DNA of 64,000 bases. Source: Camelus dromedarius (taxonomy: Eukaryota). Under the pieces are notes generated by a model, which made no database searches, was not told the origin of the DNA, and was given only the letters and a program-made list of their open reading frames with translations. The stretch lies in the NCBI RefSeq assembly GCF_036321535.1, contig NC_087451.1:42842001-42906000 (forward strand), in the 5' to 3' direction. The position numbers were made by a program, and so were the translations under genes. Positions 25,301-36,750 of the stretch are shown piece after piece. How positions within the stretch are numbered: the first letter of the stretch is position 1; every line of letters starts with the position of its first letter.

Positions 25301-28300
25301 TGTGTGTGTGTATATATATATACACACACTAGAACCACATTCCCATGTGAAAAACCTTGGCTTGAGCTGAGAAGGGGCTGCCAGTTGAGTGGAGACATGC
25401 TCTCTCCAGTCTGTCACCATCCCCACCTCTCGCACTACACTGGCTCTCCTGACTCTTTGATGTCATCTAACTGAAACTCAGAGTCACTCAATTTGCAACC
25501 CCTGAGTATTTCTCACTACTCATTAACCAGCAGTATTTGATTAAGCCCTAGTTTTCCTCTGCTTAAAATAGTGAACTCACATTGAATTTCTTCAAGGCCC
25601 TCTATAATAGTCTCCCGTTCTGTCATTCGTTCAATTCTTTCATTCATTCATTCAACACACATTTACTGAATGCCTGTTTTGTGCCAGGGACTCTGCTGAT
25701 CACTGGGGACACAGAGATGGCCAAGACAGAGCCCCATCCTCCCAGTGAGCTCACACTTCCCTGAGCTGACCTTATTTATCAGGCTTCCAACCGCAGGGTG
25801 AGCTCTCCATCCCACAAACAAAGGTGCATTTATTCCTACCCCTGTGTCATTCCCCTGCCTGTGTTGTCCACTCTCTCTCTCTCTCTCTGGACCTGCTCCA
25901 AATCACACCCAGCCTGAAAAGCTGCTTGGTACAGTGGAAAAGAGTGGCAGTCATGGGACAAGCTGGGAGATGTGGAGTCAATTACTTCCCCACTCTGAGT
26001 ATGATTTCTTCAACTATCAAGGACAGATTAAGTCTGGAGTCAGACTGTCCAGGGCCAAATGACTGGGCAAGTCCCTTGACTTCTCTGAGCTTCTGTTTCT
26101 TCCTCCACAAAATAAGGAGAGGGGTATTTATTTCCTAAATTTGTTGCAAGAAGTGAGTGACATAATCCATACTAAGGGCTTAGCACATGCCTGACGTATA
26201 GTAAGTACTTAATAAATGTTCGTTGATAGCGTTATGACATTTTGCAACTCTAAATCCCTATTCCTCCTGGAGGTCTCCGCTGTTGTACCCACTTTGGGAC
26301 TGTCCCACCTCTAAACTCCTGCCATCCGTCTTCCACCATCACTCATGTGATCACTCACTGTCTTGGGTACTGTTTAATACCGGCCTGTGTCATGCCCAGC
26401 ACCTCACAACAGGAGCTCGACCAGTGTTTGTCAACCTTTAGGTCTCCAGGAATGACCCAGCCTTGGCTGCTACAAAGGCTCCTGCCTTTCAGAGCAGCTG
26501 AGATGAAGGCAGCCAGGCTGGGCCAGGACAAGCCCAGAGCAGGATAAAGGGGCTAGGTTGTTCTTGGGCCAAGCATCGTCTATGCTCCTGGAGAGTCCAG
26601 AACAGGGGCCGCCTTCCCCTGGCTCATTCATTCTCTGTAAAGGTGGGTGGATGTCTGATGGTTCCTCTCTTTCCAACAGGCCCTCCATACCCTCCAGGAG
26701 GAACAGGCCAGACTAAAGATGAGGCTGCAGGAGCTGAGAAGGAAGCTCAGGGACGTCCCCAAAGACAAGGTAAGCTGGGAGGGGATGTGGCCTGGAAGAA
26801 AGAACTGGGGAGTTCTTAGTTTCGCTCCTGGTTCTGCCATTTCTGTGCTGTGTGACTTCGAGTGTGTTACTTGAACTCTCTGAACCTGTTTTCTTCTCTG
26901 TAAAGGGGAGCTACCTACCTCATAGGCTTGTGTGAGGACAAACTAAGATCTTGTATGTAAAGTCCCAGTACATGTGTGACCTGCATCCATTTGCTTACTC
27001 ATCCAGCTCTTCTTTCAGTAAATGTGTTTAATCCTGGCCCTTAGCATCAATCACCTGTAACTGGGGTGCTTTCCTCCTGGGCGGGAGTGGGTAATTCTCC
27101 CAACCCTGACGTCTGCATCAGCCTCTCCTCCCCCACCTCCAGGTCCCATTCCCAGTACCTGAGGTCCCCCTGGTGTTTCGAGGACACATTCAGCAGGACA
27201 GGGAAATGGCCAAGTCTGTGATTTCCAAATTGCAGATCTCTTACCCTCTGCCTGGAGGTTCTGCGGTGGTCATTTTTGATGATCCCAATGGTGAGCTTGG
27301 GGAAACTTTGGGAGGGAGGTGCTAGCAGGCTTCCTAGCACTGACCCTCCTCCCCCCACCCAGTGGCTAAGCAGGTGCTGCAGCAAAAGGAGCATAAGATC
27401 AATGTGGAAGAGTTCTGGCTGCGGGTACAGGTCCAGCCCTTGGAGCTGCCCATGCTGACCACCATCCAGGTGATCGAGTGGCAGGGGCCTGGGCCATGTG
27501 GGAGGGCATCATGGCACAGGAGACTGGGGCTGGGCCTGGGACCAGTCCCATCTGTCTCCCACTAGGTGTCCAGCCAGATGAGTGACCAGAGAGTGCTGGT
27601 CAGTGGGTTTCCTGCCGAGCTCAAGCTGAGTGAGGAGGAGCTGCTGGACAAGCTGGAGATCTTCTTTGGCAAGACCAAGAACGGGGGTGGCGATGTGGAG
27701 ATGCGAGAACTGCTGCAAGGGGGTGTCATGCTGGGCTTCGCTAAGGATGGAGGTGAGGGCCTTGTCCGTGAGATGACAGCAGAGGCATTAGGCCACAGGA
27801 AAGATGCCCTTGATGCTGAAGCTCCCCTGCTCCCTGTCCCTGCAGTGGCCCAACGCCTGTGCCAGACTGGCCAGTTCACAGTGCCCCTGGGAAAGCAGCA
27901 GGTCCCTCTGAGAGCCTCTCCCTATGTGAGTGGGACGATCCAGAAGGCCGAGGTAAGTGGGAGGGTGGAGAATAGGGACGGGCCAGGTGGCCGGCCTGCC
28001 TGCCTGCCTGCCAGAAACTTGCTCAAAGAAGGATCAGAGCCCGAAACCCCAGTGACCTACCTGCTGCCAACCTCTCCAGGCCTCCTGCCCTCTCCCATAC
28101 TCCTATGCTCGCCACCTGCCCCGACCTCTGCCCCAAGCCCAATTCCCGTGATGGCCCTTGCCCATCTTCTGGCTCCTTTTCCAGGTCAGGTCCCAGCTGG
28201 TACCCCAGGCGGTACTGGTGCTCAACATTCCCGATGTCCTGGATGGCCCGGAGCTGCAAGACATCCTGGAGGTCCACTTCCAGAAGCCCACCCGTGGGGG

Positions 28301-28376
28301 CGGGGAGGTGGAAGCCTTGAGAGTCGTACCCCTGGGACATCGGGGCCTGGCAGTCTTCACGGCCAAATCGGGCTAG
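19302..28376 (+). CDS. IFI35: Interferon-induced 35 kDa protein (NID domains), about 278 aa
   Basis: Exons 26680-26769, 27143-27290, 27363-27469, 27566-27752, 27846-27952, 28185-28376 are certain, GT-AG and in phase. The first coding exon is proposed as ATG CTG at 19302-19307 followed by GTGAGG (phase 0, downstream of the ISRE) and is less certain. Confidence 0.92.
19500..19617 (+). repeat. 118-bp direct repeat, copy 1 (partner 22785-22902)
   Basis: 4 mismatches in 118 nt by hand alignment. Confidence 0.95.
21100..22103 (+). mobile_element. L2a 3' fragment (about 1 kb)
   Basis: Characteristic L2 motifs (cctcagggcctttgcacttgctg, gagcctagaacagggcctggtacatggtag, tgaatgagtga tail). Boundaries are approximate. 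Confidence 0.8.
22219..22615 (-). mobile_element. LINE-1 3' end fragment with poly(A), joined to U6
   Basis: T-run 22219-22230 followed by a typical laurasiatherian L1 3' UTR (..aattgaagtatagtcagtttacaatgttgtg..ttagattccacatatgagtgat..ctggcttacttcact). Confidence 0.9.
22616..22722 (-). pseudogene. Full-length U6 snRNA retropseudogene (5' part of a U6/L1 chimera)
   Basis: Reverse complement reads GTGCTCGCTTTGGCAGCACATATACTAAAACTGGAACAATACAGAGAAAGTTAGCC...GCGTTCCATATTTTT. About 10 differences from canonical U6 by hand count, four at CpGs. No U6 PSE/TATA upstream; flanked by a TSD. Confidence 0.95.
22785..22902 (+). repeat. 118-bp direct repeat, copy 2 (partner 19500-19617)
   Basis: 4 mismatches in 118 nt by hand alignment. 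Confidence 0.95.
24033..24777 (-). mobile_element. LINE-1 3' fragment (3' UTR and end of ORF2), interrupted by N-runs
   Basis: T-run at 24033, L1 3' UTR motifs, and the ORF2 segment ..catagtggctacaccaatttacattcccaccaacagtgtaagagtgttcccttttctccacatcctctccagc.. It probably continues into the N-run 24778-24908. Confidence 0.9.
25288..25329. repeat. Compound (TA)(TG)(TA)(CA) microsatellite
   Basis: Seen directly; 25304-25329 is a perfect 26-bp palindrome. Confidence 0.9.
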
Positions 28377-28686
28377 GAGCCTCTCCCCTGCTCATCACTC
28401 CCACTTCTCTGCCAAGCAGGTTGGGTTGGGTGTGTGTATGAGAGAGACTGTGCCAGTCAACAGTGGCCGGGATTACAGTTGTGAAACGCTGCCCAAGGAC
28501 AGTAAAAGTGCCTGCATCGCATGATCTTCTTCCTCATTCCGCTTCATGAAAGGAAACGTGATTAGGGCACAGAAGGAGGCTCGGGGGAGGGTGAAGCCCT
28601 AGCTTTCCCCTATCAGCACTGGCCTTCCATGAGCTCACCTTCCCCTCCACTCTCAGAGGCAACATCCAGGACCCAGGGTTTGGCTT

Positions 28687-28692
28687 TTTATT
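28687..28692 (-). terminator. VAT1 polyadenylation signal AATAAA
   Basis: TTTATT on the + strand, about 1.4 kb past the VAT1 stop and just beyond the IFI35 3' end. Confidence 0.75.
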
Positions 28693-30086
28693 GACACAGA
28701 CACAAAGGCAGCTTCGGTCATGGCGGGGGAGAGGGGACACAAAAGCGGAAATCGCACTTCGCACATTTAGGCCTCATTCAGATGATGAAGAGGCTGAACC
28801 CCTCCTCCCACCTCCCACTGGCAACAGCTCGGGCAATAACCCCCCCAATTCCAGGTCTGAGAGTAGAGGGACTTAAACCCCTACCCTAGGAAGTCCCCAC
28901 TTTGGTTCCAGTGGCCTAGGTCCTAAACATCCCGCTTTGATGCCCTGTTCCACCTCCCCACCCATGTAAACAAAGTTTAGGGCTGAGTTTGAAAAGCTGC
29001 CTCCCTGCTCTGAGAAGGCAGTGGGCCTCCCTTGACTACATGGGGAATGTGCTTTGATTTTTACTTTGGTCCCGGAACAAGAGACAGATGGCATCGCCTC
29101 TTAGAGCTGTGGTAAATGCCACACTTAGCTGCAAGGCTGAGAAAGCTTCCCGCCTCTTTCTCCTCAACCACCATAGAGAAATGACAGCCCCAGAGACAGG
29201 ACATGGCACAGGCCCCAGGGGGCCAGGGGCTGGCCCCACACCCACCAGCACAAACACAGATTTTTGGCAGTGTTGTGGGACTGGGGAGCAGCAAAGCCCC
29301 AGCTCCAGCAGAACAAGGAAGGCACTGGGGAGGACAGGGCTGAGGAGGTGAGACAGGGACCCCACATACACAAGCACAGGTTTCCATGCTAAGGCACTGA
29401 GAACAAATCCAGAGAACTCAGTGAAGGGTGAGGGGGCTCTGTGTCCCTCCCAGAGCGGTGACCTAGGGGAGCAGGTCTGACTCCCACCCCTGCTGGAAGA
29501 GGCACCCCTGGTTGAGAGTGGCGGAACACTGGGAGGTGGAAGGAGCCCGCTTGTGCTTGAGAGATTAGGGACAAGAGGACGAGGCCATGCGACAAGGTGG
29601 GTGCTGGCTAGGGCAAGACAGGGACATGCTGGATTCACACAGATTGGCCCCATATCCTGAGCTGACATTTCAATTCTTTGGGGAGGTGTGGGGCAGGGGC
29701 AGGAAGGGAGATGAGGCGGAGGCGGAAGCACACAGAACAGGATGGGAAGGGACTGGCTAACCTTGGCACAAAGCAGCACAGCAGGCCCGGGGACAGAGAG
29801 GGGGCAGGAAGCAGCCGGCCTCCCTCTGACCCTCCCTGTCCCCTTGGCAGGGCCTAGACATCCAAGTGGTCACTTCCCAGCCTCTTCAGGGGCCTGGAAG
29901 GGGAGGGGGGAAGCCCTGACCAAAGAGAAAGAACAGGGCAGGGGAGAGGGCATCACCTCGGAGACCTTTGGGGGGAGAGGGCAGCGCATTGTGATAGGGG
30001 ATGAACTGCGAGGGGCTGGTGGCCAGCAGCGCATGGCTTCCCAGCTTCTCTCTTCCCTGGGCCCCGAGGGTCTTCCGGCCCCTGGC

Positions 30087-33000
30087 CTAGTTCTCCTTCT
30101 CGGGCCCAGGCACCAGGAGGACTTTGCCCACATTCTTCTTCTCCTGCATCTGCCTCATGGCATCTGCCACCTGGAGAGGAAGACAAGACTCTGCCCCCAG
30201 TGCTGTTGGCCCCCCTCCTCCCAGGCAGCCTCCCCCTGGGATCCCAGCCTTCCTGGGTCCTACCTGGGCCCTCCCTGCAAAGCCATCACACTCACCTTCT
30301 CAAAGGGCCACACCGAATCGATGTGGGGTTTGATGCGACCCTGGTTGTACAGAGCCAGGAGGCGGGCCACCACACCGCTGACCAGCTCCACCTCGCCCTC
30401 CAGGTAGCCCAGGTGGAAGCCGCACACAGCGCGGTTGGCTGGCAGCAGCTGCAGCGCTGTCACGCTGAACTGATTCCACCACGTGCGCGCCAGGGCCATC
30501 AGGTTCCGCTTGGGGCCTGTCAGCAGGTTGGCCATTCCTGAGGGGCGAGGACGTACAGCCTGTGAATCCAGGTGCCAGGCACATGCCGGTATGTCTGGAC
30601 CCACACTCCTCTGTCCCTTGCGGGCCCCTTACAATTATCCATACCAGCGCCCAGGAGTGACAGGAGACCCTCCCACCTGCTGGCTACCTGGCCTAGGTGG
30701 ACTTTAGCTGACTCAAAAATTGCTCTAATCTTCATTTACTTATTTTTGGTGTGAAGTAGTTTTTTAAATGATAATTGCTCAAGAAGCCCAGGAGGTAGGG
30801 CAGAGCAAAGCAGACTGGGTGATATTGCATCAGGAATAATCCACAACTAAGAACCAGAACTGGCTATGACTCATGAAAGAGAAAGAGGGTAGCTGCACCC
30901 AGGAGACAGCAATCTGAATGCAATATCCAGGACCATCCTAACCCTGGTGCTTTCTACAGAACACAGGAACCTCCATTCAAAAGCTGGGGGCCCCATGTCC
31001 CACCTCTCAGGCCCACCCTGCTTCTCCTCCCTCCTACTCCATCCCCAACCCACTGACTCACCGTAAGTGACCACTTTGCCCATGGGTTTGAGGAGGTTGT
31101 AGCCCTTCGCAGTATCTGATCCCCCTAGAGGGTCCATGACGATGTCCACTCCTGTCACAGAGGAAGGGGCCCAGGAACAGCATTAGGATCCTCAGATCTG
31201 GAGACCCCCTCCCTGTCCCATGCCATCCTACCCTTTCCCATGCCCTGACCTTTGGGGGAGATCTTCTTGATCTCATCTACATAGTCAGTCGTGTGGTAGT
31301 CGATGGGGTGTGTGACTCCATTCTCCTTCAGCACGTCATGCTTGCTGGCTGAGGCCGTTCCAAACACCGTCACGTTCTCCACTGTCCGGCACAGCTGCAG
31401 GGCAGCCATACCCACACCCCCTAAAGCAAGACACTTTCATAAGGAGGGGGTATGGAGTCACCCAGCTACCACCCTCCCTTTCGCCTCTCAAGGATCCAGC
31501 CCATCCATTTTGCCTGGACTCATCTTAAGGCTTTCTCCCCTCATCCCATGTCTAATTTCCAAGATTGAGAATTGGGGGGAGGGTGGCTGGCAAGGAGGGG
31601 GTGCTGAGCAAGGGCACGTTGCTATGGATAGCACACCAGGCTGGACCTGGTGCCTGAATGTTACCACGGCAACAACACTGCAGAGGCCTCTGGGCACCAT
31701 AGGATGAAGCAGCCTGGTGTTGCCATGACAACAGTCCAGACGTGCTGCAGGGAAGGGGCCTGGAATGAAATCTGAGTGGGGTAAGGAAGGGGGATAAATG
31801 GAGGGTGCCTGTCACCTGCAGCCATGTGTACCAAGACGCTGTGGCCAGGTCGTAGGTTGCCAAAATCAAAGAGGACCATGTAGGCTGTGATATAATTGAC
31901 CAGCAAGGCAGCAGCTTCTTCAAAAGTCATGGCCTCTGGCATCGGGAAGGTATGGACCGAAGGCACAGTCACCTCCTCCTGCCACATGCCTGACCGGATC
32001 AACACCATCACCCGATCCCCTACCTTGAAGAGTGGAAAAAGAGCATCATTCATTCACCCTTCCACTACGCACAAGGCCCTCTTCCTGACAATGAAGTAAC
32101 AGTACAAACAGCAGCAGTACTCACAGTAACAATAATAATAATATCATCAAAAACAACAACTTACATTTATCAGCTGTTTACCAAGGAAGGGCCAGGCCCT
32201 ATTGTGTTTTATATACAAACATTCAATTAATCCTCATCTCCATCTGACAGATCTTACACTTTACTATTGTGTAAGATCCCTGAATGCAAGAAGCTTCCAG
32301 TTGGGGCAGCATGAAGCACTGGTGAAGAGATCAAACTGCTTTGGTTTAAAAATGGGCTCCACTGTATTGCCAGTCTGACCTTGGGCAAATAAAAATTATC
32401 TAACCTTTTTGGGCCCGTTTTCTTATCTGTAAAACAGGGCAGTTAATGAGAATTAAGTGGCAAAAAAATCACTCAGTGATTTTTAGGCTAATGTCCAGCA
32501 CACAGTGAGAACTTAGGGGTGTTAGCTAATAATAATGACCACAGTGATGACAATAGCAGCGACAAGGAGGGGAGGTCACCAATCCAAACGATGAAGGAAG
32601 AGAGCAGTGCTTGGTTAGAGTCACACCAAAGTGCAGCAGTTAGGGCTGGGTGCGGTTACCTCAGGAGAAGAATCTGAGCCAGTACTGAGGGCTCAGAAAG
32701 AACCTTCACCCAGAGATAGGGGGAGGGGTGACAGACAAGAAAAGTCACATGATCCCACATACTAGGAAAAGGCATCCGCTCCCCCTTCCCCACACTCTCA
32801 GCCACCTGCACAAGAGCCTCCTTTCAGGAGGGAAAAGGGAGCAAAGAAAACAGCATCTTCCCCTCCAGCTTAAAAACTGGGGTCAAGGGGAGGACAAGGA
32901 AAAGGGGGCAGTCTCAGGAGGAAGGCCTGGCTCCCTGAAGAGCATGGAGAGGGAGGTGTGGGTGCTGTTAAGGGACAATCCGGGTCTGTCTTGGTTCCTG

Positions 33001-35184
33001 CCAGGAATGATGGGAATTCTGTATATTAACAAGACTTGGGATCCGTGGGGCAGGAAAATGGGACTCCCACACATACCCTTTTTCATGTCCTCAAGCCCCG
33101 AACCACCACTGAGGAGGAGTACAGAGAGCAGACTAGAATCTTTCTCTGCAAGCACTGGCCTGAGATGAGGTCTGGGGAATGGAAGCATCCCTCCCCAGGA
33201 CTCAGGACTAGCAAACTCAGAAATAGCCCAGGAGAGCTGGGAAAAGTGCAGTGGTCAGCCCAGGTTGTGGCCAGTCCCAGGGTTGGCCCAGAAGTGGGTC
33301 CATTCACCCAGGTTAATGCTCAGCCCTCACACATCAGAACATCACAGGGGAGGCCCGTGACCCCTCCCCAGCCCAGGTATCGAGAAGGGAGAGCCCTCCC
33401 CACAGAATCCAACCTCTTACATTAGATTCTTGCCCTGGACAGGATATCCTGTACTTATGAAGTGGAAAGTGTGCGCAGAAGAGGTTAGGAGGGTGGCCTT
33501 CAGCAGTTACAGTAACATAACTATAACTCCCCCAACCAAAAATAAATCTTCTTAGCATCTTCTCAGAGTGGGATTATTTAGAAGTCAGTGGAAAGGGTGG
33601 GGTCAACGCTGAATCCAGGGAGAAATCCTTTAAGGAGGAAGGAGATGTTTGTACAATAAATTCAAGAATTCCACTTCTGGGATCTGGGACCTGCAGGTCT
33701 GGCAAGATGAGGGCTGCATTTGATGGGCCTCTCTTGCAGGGGCCTGATTTGAAAAGAACCCCCTAAACAAACGACTGGCAAAGGTCTCTCAAAAAGCTGG
33801 TCATTTGGAACTCTCTGGTGTCCGGGGTTGTAGCCAAGATTAATGATAAAACAAAAAAAGAGACACAGACTGGCAGAGCTGGGCCAACCTGCTCATGGTG
33901 CCACACCCCCTTCCCCTGTCCAAATGTGTTTCTGAGGCGAGGGTCCTCCGAGAGGAAGGCAGAGGCGGTTCCGCCCAAAGTTCCCAAGGGCAGCCCCGGG
34001 TCGTGGCCGGCTGGCTGAGTCACTGGAGGAGATACTGCAGACAGAGAGCCCAAGACAAATATCCAGACATCCAATCTCGATCCCCTCTTCTTCCCGCCCC
34101 GTCCCCACTCCTACCCCCGCGATCAGACCGGCAGTGTAAGGCCAGGGCAGGGAGGGGGCGGTGGCAGGCTCCCACTCCTCCAGGACGGGCGGGCCTGTCT
34201 CTACAGCCCTGCTCTGGGAGGGGCCGCCTCACACCCCCACAGACCACGGGGCTGCATGTGACTAGGGCTCTGGCATGGCCATGTGCACCCGCCCAGCCCG
34301 ACTACATAGCTCTTCAAGCTCCCTCGGGGAAAAAGGCCCCAGTCGTCACTCTGAGTCGCAGACCACAATTACCCGCAGAGTGTTTAGTGGGCAGGGGTAC
34401 AGTTGTGGTTTTACTGGTGGTGGGAGAGGGTGTAAAGGTCGTTGTGCGCATGCGCATGGGCGTCTTATTGTTTTCCCCCGCCCCACCACCGCTCACCCAC
34501 CCATCACCACCACCACCGATTCTGGGCGGCGGCCACAATTAAAATGTTTAGGGAGGGGGACAATAACTCCATCTCAAACCCCCATCCCCAAATATAAATC
34601 CAGTTCTCCAGGAGCCTCAGAACACAGGCTCCTTTCCCTCGCCTTCCATGCCCGTCTACTAGTATTCGTGCCAGTTTCCCCCGCCCTGCCACACCCCCGG
34701 CGCCCGCCCACTCGTGTCCCACTGCCCAGTGGCCTGCGCGACCTTTCCCTGCCCTGCTCAGAGATGGCCCGCTCACCTTGCGGTCGTTAACTCCCTCGCC
34801 CACAGCGATTACCACGCCCGCGCCCTCCATGCCCGGAGTGAGGGGCAGCGGCGGCAGCCGGTCGTACAGCCCCTGTCGGGCCATAAGGTCGGCGAAGTTG
34901 AGCCCGCAGGCCTTGACGCGCAGCGTCAGCTGGCCTGGACCGGGGGCCGGGGGCGCGGCCTGCCGGCTCTGCAGTTTCACCTTGTCGTAGCCGCCGAAGC
35001 CGGTGAGCACCAGGCAGCGCAGCGGCGGCGGCGAAGCGGCGGCGGCCCCCTCCGGGGCCGCGGATGGCTGGGCCTCGCCGGCTGCCTCCGCCTTCGGGGG
35101 CTGCGAAGGGGCGTCTTCTCCTGCCCTTGCCTCGGCCGCCGCCACCACGGTGGCCGCCTCGGCTACCTCTCTCTCGGCGGACAT
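30087..35184 (-). CDS. VAT1: Synaptic vesicle membrane protein VAT-1 homolog (MDR/quinone oxidoreductase family), 400 aa
   Basis: Exons (-): 35184-34777, 32023-31816, 31420-31250, 31151-31062, 30537-30296, 30170-30087 total 1203 nt, GT-AG and in phase. Motifs CGLNFADLMARQG, HMAAGGVGMAA, and C-terminal KNVGKVLLVPGPEKEN*. Confidence 0.97.
34445..34456. promoter_or_regulatory. Perfect palindromic NRF1 motif in VAT1 intron 1
   Basis: TGCGCATGCGCA seen directly. Function is untested. Confidence 0.5.
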
Positions 35185-36750
35185 GGCTGGGACTGCCGAA
35201 CTGCGCGCACAGCTGCACCTAGAGCGCACAGCCGCACCTAGAGCGCACAGCCGGGGAGGGCGGGGAGCGAGCCTAAACTAGAGAAGGCCGCGGACTCAGA
35301 GCGGGAGGGGCGGGGCGCTGGGACGGGGGCGGGGCCTCGTGAGCGAACTTAAAGGGCCAGGGCCACGGTGCGGCTGCTGCGGGACCCCTGCTGGAGACCA
35401 AGAACGAGTGGGGACTCACCCTCGAGAGGCCATTCTTGGCATCAGGCAGACCGCTAGTTAATTTACTTACTTATTCACAATAAATAAGTTAAAAATATAT
35501 TAGGGGACAGTCTGAAGGACGATCCCAAAACCTGAGCTTACATCAGATGTGGGGAGCCAGCCACCTGTGGAGCGAAATCCAACCAAGTTGTTTCTCAGGC
35601 CCCGACTCTACCCATATATGACCCATTCTGTGTGGTCTTGCAATGGCAAACTTGGAGTAGGGTGACCAAGCCTTTAAAACTTTCCATCGACTTTGTTAAA
35701 GCTCTGTGCCTCAATTTTCCCTTCTGTAAAATGGTGACGATGTTGCTTGCTCTAGTTATCTTTTCAGGGTTAAGATAAAATTAAATCGAGTATCCTCTAT
35801 TTAAAGAAGTGCTTTTAAAAGGTAAAAGGTGCCATGCAAAATGAAAAACAGAGGTTTGATTATAGTTAATAATCCAGCCTGAAATAACTTTAGAGCTTGT
35901 CTCTGGCTCCAGCAGGACTGTCACTCTGGGCAGTTAATCTTCCTCTTCTTTCTTCAGATCTCCGTCTCCCCGAAGCATCCACCAGAGGACGCAGCTCCCC
36001 TAAAACTTTTCACCCAGCGCCTGGCTAGAGAAACTCAGTCCACTCTTCCCTGTTAGTCCAGGCCCGCCGTTAAATCACTGCAGCCCCAGACCAGGCCATC
36101 CGTTACCATGGGGACGGAAAGCCATGATGTCACCATTGTCCGAGTGGGTGTGTTGGAGTCCATGCCTATATATCCCCAAGACTCCCTGCCTGGACTTGAG
36201 TGTGGAGGAAGTAGACCGAACCAAAAGATTCCCTTCACCCCCATCAATTCGCACCCCTTCCTGTTCAGAAAGTGGATGGCTGCCCCGCGCGTGTCCGCAC
36301 TAGCACACCGGCGTGCACGCGTGGGCACGCCGAAGGCCCAAGCCTCGCTCCCACCCTACCTCTCAGAACTTTCCCGAACTCCACTCCGTCCGCACCCCTA
36401 AGGAAATCAAATTGGTCAAATAACTCTACTCGGCCTGCCTTAAACCCGCAGGGGTCCCTCAGACCACACCAGCGCGCTAGAAACCAGCTCCCAGGCCTCG
36501 GTTTCTCAGGGCCCCGCCTAGATCCTCTGGGCCCCGCCCCCCGGCAGCGCGGGCGGGAGGCGGGGCCGGGGGCGCGGCCGCTGGGTTGGGGGCGGGGCGG
36601 AGGGGGTGCCGCGGCCCCGGGCGGGGGCTCGGCGCGGGCCCGAGGGATGCCGGTGTCGGCGGCCCGAGCGGCTGCAGCTGCAGCGGCGGGGGAGGCGGCA
36701 GCCGGGCCCGGGAGGGGGGCTACGCGGGGGGCCGACGCGTAGCCGGGACC
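35185..36750. promoter_or_regulatory. Divergent VAT1/RND2 promoter region with two CpG/GC-box clusters
   Basis: Multiple GGGCGG boxes at 35268-35336 and 36529-36605. Start codons are 1566 bp apart and divergent. Confidence 0.7.
35205..35253. repeat. 19-bp tandem repeat (about 2.6 copies) just upstream of the VAT1 ATG
   Basis: GCGCACAGC(T/C)GCACCTAGA at 35205-35223 and 35224-35242, partial copy at 35243-35253. Confidence 0.9.

Noticed and set aside
27566-28441. 291-aa ORF spanning IFI35 exons 5-6 and introns
   Set aside because: Read-through of a 93-nt in-frame intron and then intron 6. Canonical splice sites explain the real protein. Intron-5 retention would be in frame, but nothing in the sequence shows it occurs.
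29036-30407. ORFs of 221-247 aa in the VAT1 3' UTR region
   Set aside because: No domain similarity; compositionally biased UTR or antisense sequence.
33895-35281. Several 140-215 aa ORFs around VAT1 exon 1
   Set aside because: Antisense or alternate-frame shadows in a CpG island, where stop codons are scarce.
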